Source: Gemmatimonadota bacterium
GTDB taxonomy: Bacteria; Gemmatimonadota; Gemmatimonadetes; Gemmatimonadales; GWC2-71-9
Length of the DNA: 31,554 bases
NCBI GenBank assembly: GCA_025360265.1
Contig: JANYCP010000321.1
Coordinates: 1 to 31,554 of the forward strand
Direction of reading: 5' to 3'
In this document: piece after piece, positions 23,499-31,554 of the stretch
How positions within the stretch are numbered: position 1 is the first letter of the stretch
Layout of the letters: every line of letters begins with the position of its first letter
Translations under genes and position numbers: made by a program
Notes under the pieces: model-generated
What the model was told of the DNA's origin: nothing
The model's database searches: none
The model's input: the letters and a program-made list of their open reading frames with translations, nothing else

Positions 23499-24865
23499 AT
23501 TTCCTCCACGAGTGCCCGGAACGTCGCGCCGCGTTGCTCGTAATTGTCGAACATGTCGTAACTCGAGCAGGCCGGAGAAAGCAGCACGGCAGCGCCGGAC
23601 GTCGCCAACGCCTTGGCCTTGGCCACCACATCCTCGAACGTCGTGGCTCGCACCACTCGAATGGCGGGACCGAGATCGTGCTCGATCAAGTCGCCGGCTT
23701 CGCCATATGCGATTACGGCCAGTGCAAGACGACAGAGCGGACCGACCAGGTCGCTGTACGGTTCACCCTTGTGCCGACCGCCGAGCAGCAGCACAAACGG
23801 ACGACTCATCGCCTGAACGGCGACGCGAGTCGACGCGACGTTTGTTGCCTTTGAGTCATTGATCCATAACACCCCATCGACCTCGCGCACTGGCTCCATC
23901 CGGTGACGCAGCGCGCGAAACGTTGCCAGTCCCTGACCGATAAGCGCGCGATCCACACCGACGGCGTGCACCGCGAGTGCAGCGGCCAGTGCATTGGCGA
24001 CATTGTGATCACCCAGCAAGGGCAATTCGGTGCGGTCGAGCAGTGGCTGGCCCGCGAGCACCAGGCGATCGGCTTCCCTGTCATACCAGCCGTCGGCACG
24101 GTGACCCGGTGCGGTTGAAAACGAAAGGTGCCGCCCGGCGACTCGGCGAATCATGCCACGCGAATCGACATCATCGAGATTGCTGACCCAGATGGAATCG
24201 GGGCCGGCGTTCGCGAAGATGCGGGCCTTGTCCGCGAAGTAAGCGGCCAGTGTCGGATACCGGTCGAGATGATCGGGTGCGAGGTTGGTCAGGACGCCAA
24301 CCACGGGCGCCAGATCGGGGCAATCGTGCAATTGAAATGACGAGAGTTCCACGGCAAGCCATTCGGGAAGCGGCTCGGTCATCGCAACGGCCGACAGCGG
24401 ATTGCCGATATTTCCAGCAGCACTGCTGCGGCGTCCAGCGACCCGCAGCAGGTGATCGACGAGCGCCGTAGTGGTGGTCTTGCCGTTCGTTCCCGTGATC
24501 ACGATCGCCGGAACCTCTGCCATGGCACTCAGGCCCAACTGTGCTTCGGCGAACACCGGCACACTCGCCGCTGCGGCGGCGACGACGGGTGGCGCATCGG
24601 GAGGAATTCCTGGTGAGAGCACCAGCGCGGCACTCGCGGCGATGCGCGCCAGATCGTGCCCGCCAATGTCCACCGTGACGGGTGCGCCCGATGCTTCGCG
24701 AAGCGCCGTGGCCGCTTCGACGAGCACCTCTCCGCTGCCGGCATCCGAGACGTAAACGGGCACACCATTCGCGCGCAGCAGCCGCGTGGCCGCGGTCCCG
24801 CTACGCGCCAGTCCGGCAACGCTGACCTCGCGCCCGGAGGCGCGCCAGTCGTCGATCCGACTCAT
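23495..24865 (-). CDS. murD: UDP-MurNAc-L-Ala--D-glutamate ligase
   Basis: 456 aa; GLARSG, ITGTNGKTTT, GNIG, ELSSFQL, NLAPDHLDRY, HRME, NDSKATN, LSPACSSYDMF. Confidence 0.97.
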   Translation of the reverse strand: MSRIDDWRASGREVSVAGLARSGTAATRLLRANGVPVYVSDAGSGEVLVEAATALREASGAPVTVDIGGHDLARIAASAALVLSPGIPPDAPPVVAAAAASVPVFAEAQLGLSAMAEVPAIVITGTNGKTTTTALVDHLLRVAGRRSSAAGNIGNPLSAVAMTEPLPEWLAVELSSFQLHDCPDLAPVVGVLTNLAPDHLDRYPTLAAYFADKARIFANAGPDSIWVSNLDDVDSRGMIRRVAGRHLSFSTAPGHRADGWYDREADRLVLAGQPLLDRTELPLLGDHNVANALAAALAVHAVGVDRALIGQGLATFRALRHRMEPVREVDGVLWINDSKATNVASTRVAVQAMSRPFVLLLGGRHKGEPYSDLVGPLCRLALAVIAYGEAGDLIEHDLGPAIRVVRATTFEDVVAKAKALATSGAAVLLSPACSSYDMFDNYEQRGATFRALVEEM

Positions 24866-25989
24866 CGCAGCTTGAGCGTCGCCAGCGCCACGAGGGCGCA
24901 GAAGATGCCGAGAATCCAGAACCGAACGACCACGGTGGATTCGGCCCAGCCAAGTTTTTCGAAGTGGTGATGCAAGGGTGCCATGCGGAAGACGCGATGG
25001 CTGTCGGCATACTCGCGGCCGCGCGTGCGACGATTGTACTTGTACGTGCCGATCTGGACCATCACGGAGGCCGCTTCCGCGACAAACACGCCGCCAATGA
25101 TCACCAGGAGGAACTCCGACTTGAGCAGGATGGCCACGGTGGCGAATGATCCGCCAATCGCCAGGCTCCCCGTGTCACCCATGAAGACCTGCGCTGGAAA
25201 TGAGTTGAACCAGAGGAATCCGAGGCACGCGCCCATGAGCGCCGCGCAGAAGACGGCGAGTTCGCCCGATCCCGGCAAGTAGAAAAGGTTGAGATAACTC
25301 GTGGCATCGACGCGCCCGAGCAGATAGGCAAACGATGCGAACGCGGCCGCCGCGATAATGGACAGGCCGGTGGCGAGGCCATCGAGTCCATCGGTGAGGT
25401 TGACGGCGTTGGAGAAGCCGGTCACGACGCCAGTCACGAACAGCACGTATACCGCCGGCACAAACACCACCACCAGGTACTTGAAGAACGGCACCGTCGT
25501 GGCGGCCGCCGGCACCGTCCCGGCTGCGACGACTGGCCACTTGAGCAGCATCAGTCCCAGTGTCACGCCGAAGAGTACCTGGCCGGCAAGCTTCCACTTC
25601 GCGACCAGCCCGCGCGATCGCCCTTCCACCACCTTGAGGTAGTCGTCGAAGAATCCGATCGCGCCGGTCCAGAGCATCGAAACGACGGTCACGATCACGA
25701 ACCGATTATTGAGCGGTGCCCAGAGCAGTGTCGGGATCACGGTCGCGGCGATGATGATCAAGCCACCCATGGTCGGCGTGCCGCGCTTCGCTTGATGACT
25801 GGCCGGCCCTTCAGCGCGGATCACCTGTCCCACCTTGTGCTCCCGCAACTTGCGGATGATCCACGGACCGAGGGCGAAGGCGATCAGCAGTGCGGTGACC
25901 ATCGCCCCTGCGGCACGAAATGAGATGTAGGTAAACAGGTTGAAGATCAGGTACTTCTTCCCGAGCGGAGCAAACAGGTAGTAGAGCAT
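24862..25989 (-). CDS. mraY: Phospho-N-acetylmuramoyl-pentapeptide transferase
   Basis: 375 aa; GTPTMGG, DDYLK, NAVNLTDGLDGL, FMGDTGSL, MAPLHHHFE. Confidence 0.98.
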   Translation of the reverse strand: MLYYLFAPLGKKYLIFNLFTYISFRAAGAMVTALLIAFALGPWIIRKLREHKVGQVIRAEGPASHQAKRGTPTMGGLIIIAATVIPTLLWAPLNNRFVIVTVVSMLWTGAIGFFDDYLKVVEGRSRGLVAKWKLAGQVLFGVTLGLMLLKWPVVAAGTVPAAATTVPFFKYLVVVFVPAVYVLFVTGVVTGFSNAVNLTDGLDGLATGLSIIAAAAFASFAYLLGRVDATSYLNLFYLPGSGELAVFCAALMGACLGFLWFNSFPAQVFMGDTGSLAIGGSFATVAILLKSEFLLVIIGGVFVAEAASVMVQIGTYKYNRRTRGREYADSHRVFRMAPLHHHFEKLGWAESTVVVRFWILGIFCALVALATLKLR

Positions 25990-25995
25990 CCGACC

Positions 25996-27348
25996 TCAGG
26001 CCTCGGCCGCGTGCGGGAGAATCGCGGGAAGAATACGTTCGAGCGTCACACCACGAGAACCCTTCAGGACCACCAATTCGTCACCACGCAACACGGCAGC
26101 GAGCATCGGCCCCATCGACATCGCGTCGGGCGCCTCGATCAACGTACCGGCAAAGTGGCTGCGATGCTCCGCGAACGCCGGGACGAAGTCACCCACCAGA
26201 GCCAGCACGTCGGGCGCGAGCGTTGCCAACCAGCCGGCGACCTCACCATGCAGTCCATCCGCATGGGCACCCAGCTCGCGCATGCTCCCGGCAACGAACA
26301 CCAGGCGGCGGCCCGGCCGCAGCTCGCGAGCCAGCGCGATCGCCGTCGCAAACGATTGCGGATTGGCGTTGTAGCTGTCATTCACCACGGTCAGGCCATC
26401 GTGCTGCGACAGTTCGCCCCGTCCGCCCGGAACGGAAAACTGCTCGAGTGCCGCAGCGACCGCACCGAGATCAAGCTGCAGCTCGCGGGCAATCGCCCAG
26501 GCGAACATCGCGTTGCCTGCCTGATGCATTCCTCGAGCCGCCAGCGTGAAGCGATGGCCATCAACCGACACCACCGGCCGTCCGTCCGCGCCTACTGCAA
26601 CCGAGTCCGGCACGATATCCGCACCAGCGAGTCCGGCAGTGATCACTCGGCGCGCACGCGCCCTGGCCCCCGGAGCGAGCGACGGCGGCTCCGTGCCGAC
26701 AATCGCCAGTGGTACGTCCTTGGACAGCGAGAGTTTTTCCTCGATTACCCGCTCGACGCAGCCAAACCCTTCGAGATGCCCGGCACCGGCGTTCAGTACG
26801 ACGGCGATGTCGGGCCGAAGAATTTCCCGATAGCGCGGGATCTCGCCCGGCAGGTTCGCGCCAGCCTCGACCACGAGTGCCTCGGTATCGGCCGGCGCCT
26901 GCAGGATGGTGAGCGGAACGCCGACGAGGTTGTTGTCGTTCGCGCGCGTCTTGTGCACCCGCCACCGAGTCGCCAGTACGGCGGCAATCATTTCCTTGGT
27001 GGACGTCTTGCCGTTCTGGCCAGTGATCCCGATCACCGGACCGCTGCACCGGTCACGCTGCGCGGCCGCGAGATCGCCAAGCGCGTGCAGTGTGTCAGTT
27101 ACTTCATAGAAAAGCAGGCCCGCGAGGGCAGGCGTCCCGCGCCGCACCACAGCGCCAGTGGCACCGGCGTCACGGGCGGCGGCCAGGAAGTCGTGGGCAT
27201 CGAACCGCTCGCCGCTGAGTGCCACAAAGAGCGCACCCGGTGACAGCGTGCGCGTGTCGGTGACGATGGTGTGATAGGTGATGTCAGCAGATCCACCGAT
27301 GCCGAGTGCGGTTCGCACCCATTGATCCGGAAAGCGTGATGGCGTCAT
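25996..27348 (-). CDS. murF: UDP-MurNAc-tripeptide--D-Ala-D-Ala ligase
   Basis: 450 aa; DTR...LFVALSGERFDAHDF, ITGQNGKTSTKE, NNLVGVPLT, GHLEGFG, NDSYNANP, MRELG, KGSRG. Confidence 0.95.
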   Translation of the reverse strand: MTPSRFPDQWVRTALGIGGSADITYHTIVTDTRTLSPGALFVALSGERFDAHDFLAAARDAGATGAVVRRGTPALAGLLFYEVTDTLHALGDLAAAQRDRCSGPVIGITGQNGKTSTKEMIAAVLATRWRVHKTRANDNNLVGVPLTILQAPADTEALVVEAGANLPGEIPRYREILRPDIAVVLNAGAGHLEGFGCVERVIEEKLSLSKDVPLAIVGTEPPSLAPGARARARRVITAGLAGADIVPDSVAVGADGRPVVSVDGHRFTLAARGMHQAGNAMFAWAIARELQLDLGAVAAALEQFSVPGGRGELSQHDGLTVVNDSYNANPQSFATAIALARELRPGRRLVFVAGSMRELGAHADGLHGEVAGWLATLAPDVLALVGDFVPAFAEHRSHFAGTLIEAPDAMSMGPMLAAVLRGDELVVLKGSRGVTLERILPAILPHAAEA

Positions 27349-28790
27349 GCAAGCAGCGACGCCACGATTTCTCGCTCGTCGAAATGGCGGTAGTTGGTCC
27401 CCTCGATCTGGTACGTCTCATGCCCCTTGCCAACCAGCAACACAGTATCACCAGGACGTGCCGCCTTGAGCGCGTGCGCAATCGCTTCCTCACGATCGAA
27501 GATTCGATCGAACGAACCCGCAGGCATCCCAGCGACGATGTCGTCGATGATTTTTTCCGGGTCCTCACGGCGCGGATTGTCGGACGTCACGATGACCCGG
27601 TCGGCGAAGTCCGCCGCGATCTTGCCCATGATCGGCCGCTTGGCGGCATCGCGCTCTCCGCCACAACCAAAGAGAATGAAAAACTTTCCCGGAATGAGCG
27701 GGCGCAGCATCGAGAACACACGCTGATAGGCGTCGGGGGTGTGGGCATAGTCGCGAAGCACGGTGAACGGTTTATCAGCAAGCCGCTCCATGCGCCCGGG
27801 CACCTGCGGCGCACTGGCGAGTCGCTCCACGACTTCGTCAATCGACTCACCGAGTCCGAGTGCCACCGCCGCTGCACCCACCGCATTGGCCACGTTGAAT
27901 TCGCCCAGAAATGGAATGCTCACCTCGCGGGTACCGAAACGTCCGCCCAAGGTGAAGCGCGACCCCGACGAGCTGTACACAGCATCCGTCACCGGCAGAT
28001 CGGCATCGCGCGCCGAGCCCCATGCGATCGTGCGACGGTCGGTGCGCAACGTGCCCCATGCCGCATCGTCGGCGTTGATCGAAAGCACCCCGTCTGGCAC
28101 CACCAGATCGGCGAGCCGCAGCTTCGCCGCGAGATATGCGTCCAGCGTCAGGTGATAGTCGAGATGTTCGTGCGTGAGATTCGTGAAAATGCCAGCGGCG
28201 AATGCCAGTCCATCCAGGCGTCCCTGATCAAGCGCGTGTGACGACGTCTCCATCGCGACGTGTCGCACGCCGCGATCGAAGAGTCCGCGAAAGGTGGCCT
28301 GCAGGTCGAGCGGCCCCGGCGTGGTGAGCGAACCTGCCGACGATTTGACCCGCTCGCCATTCGCATCGAAGGCGCCGAGCGTCCCGATGCTGCCGGCGTC
28401 GCCCTCGCGATTGAGCAGGTGACGCATCATCGCCGTGGTGGTGGTTTTTCCATTCGTACCCGTAATCCCCACCAACTGCATCTGTCGCGTCGGACGATCG
28501 TACCACGTCTCGGCCACGATCTGCGCAGCACGCCGTCCATCACGCACCACCACCATCGGCACCATTGCGGTGACGGCCTGTTCGACAAGCAGCGCACTCG
28601 CCCCGTTGCCCACGGCCTGTGGAATGAAGGTGTGGCCGTCAACCGCAGAACCGCGAAGCGCCATGAAAAGCGTGCCCGGCTTCACGCTGCGCGAGTCGAC
28701 GTCGATCCGGTCAAGTTCAACGTCTGCCGTGGGCGCCACGACGACCAGATCCTGACGACGCAGCGCCTTGATCAGCAGTTGAAGATTCAT
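27345..28790 (-). CDS. murE: UDP-MurNAc-dipeptide--2,6-diaminopimelate ligase
   Basis: 481 aa; DSR, TGTNGKTTT, ETSSH, HLDYH, DYAHTPDA, FGCGG, DNPR (meso-DAP-type specificity motif), GKGHE. Confidence 0.97.
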   Translation of the reverse strand: MNLQLLIKALRRQDLVVVAPTADVELDRIDVDSRSVKPGTLFMALRGSAVDGHTFIPQAVGNGASALLVEQAVTAMVPMVVVRDGRRAAQIVAETWYDRPTRQMQLVGITGTNGKTTTTAMMRHLLNREGDAGSIGTLGAFDANGERVKSSAGSLTTPGPLDLQATFRGLFDRGVRHVAMETSSHALDQGRLDGLAFAAGIFTNLTHEHLDYHLTLDAYLAAKLRLADLVVPDGVLSINADDAAWGTLRTDRRTIAWGSARDADLPVTDAVYSSSGSRFTLGGRFGTREVSIPFLGEFNVANAVGAAAVALGLGESIDEVVERLASAPQVPGRMERLADKPFTVLRDYAHTPDAYQRVFSMLRPLIPGKFFILFGCGGERDAAKRPIMGKIAADFADRVIVTSDNPRREDPEKIIDDIVAGMPAGSFDRIFDREEAIAHALKAARPGDTVLLVGKGHETYQIEGTNYRHFDEREIVASLLA

Positions 28791-30739
28791 TGGCCCGAGT
28801 CGGCGCGCACGGTGACGACCGTCCCGCGCGGCAGCGAGTCGCCGGCCGACGGTGTGGTGCCCTTGACACGCGCGCGGCCCACGACGCGCGCCTGAAAACC
28901 GGCGCGTTCGAGCAGCGCCACAGCCCCGCGTAGCGATTGCCCGGCGACGCTCGGCACCACGGCGAGTACTGCCCCGCCATGGGCAGCTCCAACCGGAAAA
29001 GCGACGCGACGTACCGGCGTCGAATCAAGATCGGGTACTTGCACGGTGCGTGGTGCAGTGGCCTGCGTGAGCAAGGTGCGATCAAGCGGGCTGCGGGTCG
29101 ACGCAAGCGCCTGCAGCAAGAACTGCTTGACGACTGGTGCGGCGACATCACCGCCATGGTTCAGGCCGTTGTTAGGGCGATCGACCATGACGTACACCAC
29201 GATCTGCGGTGACTGCTCGGGGAAAATGCCGACGAATGACGTGCGATATCCGGCCTCGGGGTGCCCCTCAACCACCTCGGCCGTGCCGGTCTTACCAGGA
29301 ACCTTGATCCCATCGAGTTGTGCCTTGGCGCCGGTGCCGCCATTACCCTCGGTCATGCTGAGATATTCCATCATGTGTCTTGCGATGGAATCCGGCACCG
29401 CTTGGCGCACAGTGTCAGGCCGGTGCCGCCATGTCACCACGCCGTTCTCGTCGCGCACTTCGCGGATCAGGCTCGGCGTCATCAAGGTGCCATGATTGGC
29501 GATCGCCGCGAATCCCATTGCCAGCTGCAGTGCGCTCGCAGTCCATTCATACCCCATGGCGAGCGACGGCTGCGTCAGCCTCCAGTTGATCCACGGCGGA
29601 CGCACCAGTCTCCCCGGTGCCTCGGCGGGAAAACCAAGGCCGGGGGATGTGCCAAAGCCAAAATCGCGGATCGCTTCGTATTGCTGCTCCGATTTGAGCT
29701 TCAACGAGAACTTCGACATCGCCACGTTGCTCGAGAACTTCACCGCCATGCCAACCGTGACCGGCCCGTGCAAATGACTGACGTCATTAATGGCCCGCAG
29801 CTTCGGTCTACCATAATCCATCATCCAATGACCATTCTCGCCATCCACCGGCGTAGTGTCCGACCCGAATCGGAGCATCGCTGCAACGGTAAACAGCTTC
29901 GACGTCGATCCCGGTGAGAATGGCTCGACGATCGCCGACGTGGTCGAGACCATACTCCCACCGATCGTATCCCGTCGCAGCGACGCGATCGCATAGATCT
30001 CGCCGGTGTGGACATCGACGACCACCACGTCGCCGCCCCGCGCTTTATTGTCCTTGACCGCTTGATCCAATGCCCCCTCAGCGATTCCCTGCATGTCGGC
30101 GTCGATGGTGAGTGTCACGTCATGGCCCGCAACTGGGTCGACCACTGTCGCGCCTGGCGCCGGCAACAAATTCCCCTTCGAGTCAAGCAGGAAATGCTCA
30201 CGACCAGCCTGTCCCTGCAACAATGTGTCGAGCACGCGCTCCAACCCCTCAATGCCAACCACACTGTCACGAGCGAGCCGGCCGAGGACGCGGTCGGCGA
30301 GCGACTTCATCGGATATTGGCGCGAGTAGAGGCGTTCGAGTCGCACGCCACGCACGCCGCGAATCGGCTCAATGTCTTCCGCACCGAACGGACCCTGGAA
30401 GTTTGGATAGGGCTTGGCGAACTGCTCGTCCACACGCGCACGGCTCAGCTTTGGCAGGTTGAGCACCAGTGCCCGCAGAGCCGTCGTGTCGCGCACCCGA
30501 TTGAGCGAGATCTTGACCCGATACTGTTCGTGACTCACCGCCAGCGGTTGCCCGTTCCGGTCGTAGAGCCTGCCACGACGCGCTGGCATGTCTCGGTCGG
30601 TCTCTCGACTACTGGCCGCCTTGAGCGCCCAGGTCTTGTGATGGACCACCTGCAACCAGAAACTCCGGCCGACAACCACCGCACCGCCGAGCAGCAGCAC
30701 AGCTTCGAGAAAGACGATACGCGCAGCGGGCTTCGCCAT
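28787..30739 (-). CDS. ftsI: Division transpeptidase FtsI/PBP3 with C-terminal PASTA domain
   Basis: 650 aa; N-terminal TM, RRGRLYDRNG, GIEGLE, LTIDADMQ, SxxK (STSK), SxN (SSN), KTGT; PASTA-like VPSVAGQSLRGA...TPSAG. Confidence 0.95.
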   Translation of the reverse strand: MAKPAARIVFLEAVLLLGGAVVVGRSFWLQVVHHKTWALKAASSRETDRDMPARRGRLYDRNGQPLAVSHEQYRVKISLNRVRDTTALRALVLNLPKLSRARVDEQFAKPYPNFQGPFGAEDIEPIRGVRGVRLERLYSRQYPMKSLADRVLGRLARDSVVGIEGLERVLDTLLQGQAGREHFLLDSKGNLLPAPGATVVDPVAGHDVTLTIDADMQGIAEGALDQAVKDNKARGGDVVVVDVHTGEIYAIASLRRDTIGGSMVSTTSAIVEPFSPGSTSKLFTVAAMLRFGSDTTPVDGENGHWMMDYGRPKLRAINDVSHLHGPVTVGMAVKFSSNVAMSKFSLKLKSEQQYEAIRDFGFGTSPGLGFPAEAPGRLVRPPWINWRLTQPSLAMGYEWTASALQLAMGFAAIANHGTLMTPSLIREVRDENGVVTWRHRPDTVRQAVPDSIARHMMEYLSMTEGNGGTGAKAQLDGIKVPGKTGTAEVVEGHPEAGYRTSFVGIFPEQSPQIVVYVMVDRPNNGLNHGGDVAAPVVKQFLLQALASTRSPLDRTLLTQATAPRTVQVPDLDSTPVRRVAFPVGAAHGGAVLAVVPSVAGQSLRGAVALLERAGFQARVVGRARVKGTTPSAGDSLPRGTVVTVRADSGQ

Positions 30740-31021
30740 TCAGCGTTCGCGCGGTACTGGGAGAATCTGCAATTCGGTGTCCGACGTGAACCGCAGGCCG
30801 AGCAACTTCGCCTTGGGTGCGAGATCCGAGCGGCTCTTCATGCCGGCGACTTTTGCTTCAAGGTCGCCGCGAATGCCGTCGAGCGCCTGCATGTGCGCCT
30901 CGAGTGAGTCGACACGCGTGCGCATCTCGAAGCCGGCCTTCGTGCGAAGCACGATGGCGGCCACGGCAGCGAGAAACACTGCCGTCCAGACGAAGACAAG
31001 GTGACGACCTCTAACCTGCAT
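30740..31021 (-). CDS. ftsL: FtsL-like cell division protein
   Basis: 93 aa from ATG 31021; short basic N-terminus, one TM, heptad coiled coil, AKLLGL; lies between rsmH and ftsI. Assignment rests on position and architecture. Confidence 0.75.
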   Translation of the reverse strand: MQVRGRHLVFVWTAVFLAAVAAIVLRTKAGFEMRTRVDSLEAHMQALDGIRGDLEAKVAGMKSRSDLAPKAKLLGLRFTSDTELQILPVPRER

Positions 31022-31554
31022 GATGAACCCGGAAGAAGCGGAGCTTGGCACTGCGTGCGCGCGGATTGCCGGCAATCTCCGCCGCGAGCGGGATGATCGC
31101 CTTGCGAGGAGTAGCCGATCCGAGTGGCGTCTTGCCGCAAATACACTGCGGCAATCCTGGTGGGCAGATGCAGCCCTGTTCCCAGGCGCGAAACGCTCCC
31201 TTCACCAGCCGATCCTCGCCCGAATGATAACTAATCACCGCAAGGGTCCCGCCCTCCGACAGCGACTCCCGAAATACCGGCAGCGCGCGCTCAAGGCCGT
31301 CAAGCTCGTCGTTGACCGAGATCCGGATTCCCTGGAAGATCCGGGCGAAGTCGCCGGGACCGCTCCGCGGACCCAGAACGGCACGAACGGCATTCACCAC
31401 GTCATCGCTTGTGACAAATGGTGCATTCTCCCTCCGGCGGAGGAACTCGCGAGCCATTCGTTTCGCCCGGGGTTCGTCGGCGTGGTTGCGCAGTGCCGAT
31501 GCAAGCTCTTCCTCGTCAACGCTTGCCAGCCAATCGGCCGCGGTCGGCGCATCC
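31011..31554 (-). CDS. rsmH: 16S rRNA m4C1402 methyltransferase RsmH (5' part outside the window)
   Basis: Open from the right edge; FQGIRISVNDEL, GGTLAVISYHSGEDRLVK, CICPPGLPQCIC, NPRARSAKLR. Confidence 0.96.
   Translation of the reverse strand, partial: DAPTAADWLASVDEEELASALRNHADEPRAKRMAREFLRRRENAPFVTSDDVVNAVRAVLGPRSGPGDFARIFQGIRISVNDELDGLERALPVFRESLSEGGTLAVISYHSGEDRLVKGAFRAWEQGCICPPGLPQCICGKTPLGSATPRKAIIPLAAEIAGNPRARSAKLRFFRVHHAG

Noticed and set aside
24975-25050. Longer loop before MAPLHHH in MraY (KYNRRTRGREYADSHRVF)
   Set aside because: This cytoplasmic loop is known to vary in length, and all catalytic motifs are intact.
2129-28241. Long plus-strand ORFs opposite real genes (e.g. 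2129..3367, 11869..12951, 26011..27243, 27306..28241) and many short Arg/Pro/Ala-rich ORFs
   Set aside because: They are antisense or alternate-frame shadows of motif-verified genes; long stop-free shadows are expected in high-GC coding DNA and they show no recognisable motifs.
1063-31075. Extended N-termini in the ORF track for deoB, asnS, the symporter, ftsY, the M23 gene, ftsA and ftsL
   Set aside because: The extensions overlap upstream genes or promoter signals; shorter starts give canonical N-termini and mostly stop/start coupling.
1-31554. rRNA, tRNA, SRP RNA, IS elements, prophage or defence islands
   Set aside because: Intergenic gaps are all about 110 bp or shorter and are explained by hairpins, repeats or promoters; no cloverleaf, integrase, transposase or phage protein motif was recognised.

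Overview
High-GC bacterial chromosomal window made mostly of housekeeping genes; gene content and protein style suggest Gemmatimonadota (inference). Right two-thirds: a minus-strand division/cell-wall (dcw) cluster, rsmH(partial)-ftsL-ftsI-murE-murF-mraY-murD-ftsW-murG-[inserted Tat-like TIM-barrel enzyme]-murC-ftsQ-ftsA-ftsZ. It continues with overlaps or gaps of at most 22 bp into an M23 peptidase, a VWA membrane protein, ftsY, a small membrane protein and a sodium:solute symporter. Left third: alr-deoB-cdd-lipoprotein operon, divergent mazG, asnS, an unknown zinc-ribbon membrane protein, recG, and an islet of two intact plus one truncated paralogous lipoproteins. No rRNA, tRNA, CRISPR, transposase, phage or defence genes were recognised. 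Best leads: (1) an orphan sugar-modifying-type TIM-barrel gene splitting murG-murC, next to MurG and FtsW proteins with altered conserved motifs; (2) two intergenic elements built from inverted heptamer arrays, one enclosing a REP-like palindrome and one supplying a probable -10 box; (3) a repeated TANNNT-5/6 nt-start signature suggesting leaderless mRNAs; (4) a synonymous G-tract island at the ftsA 3' end. Functional interpretations are untested inference from manual reading.
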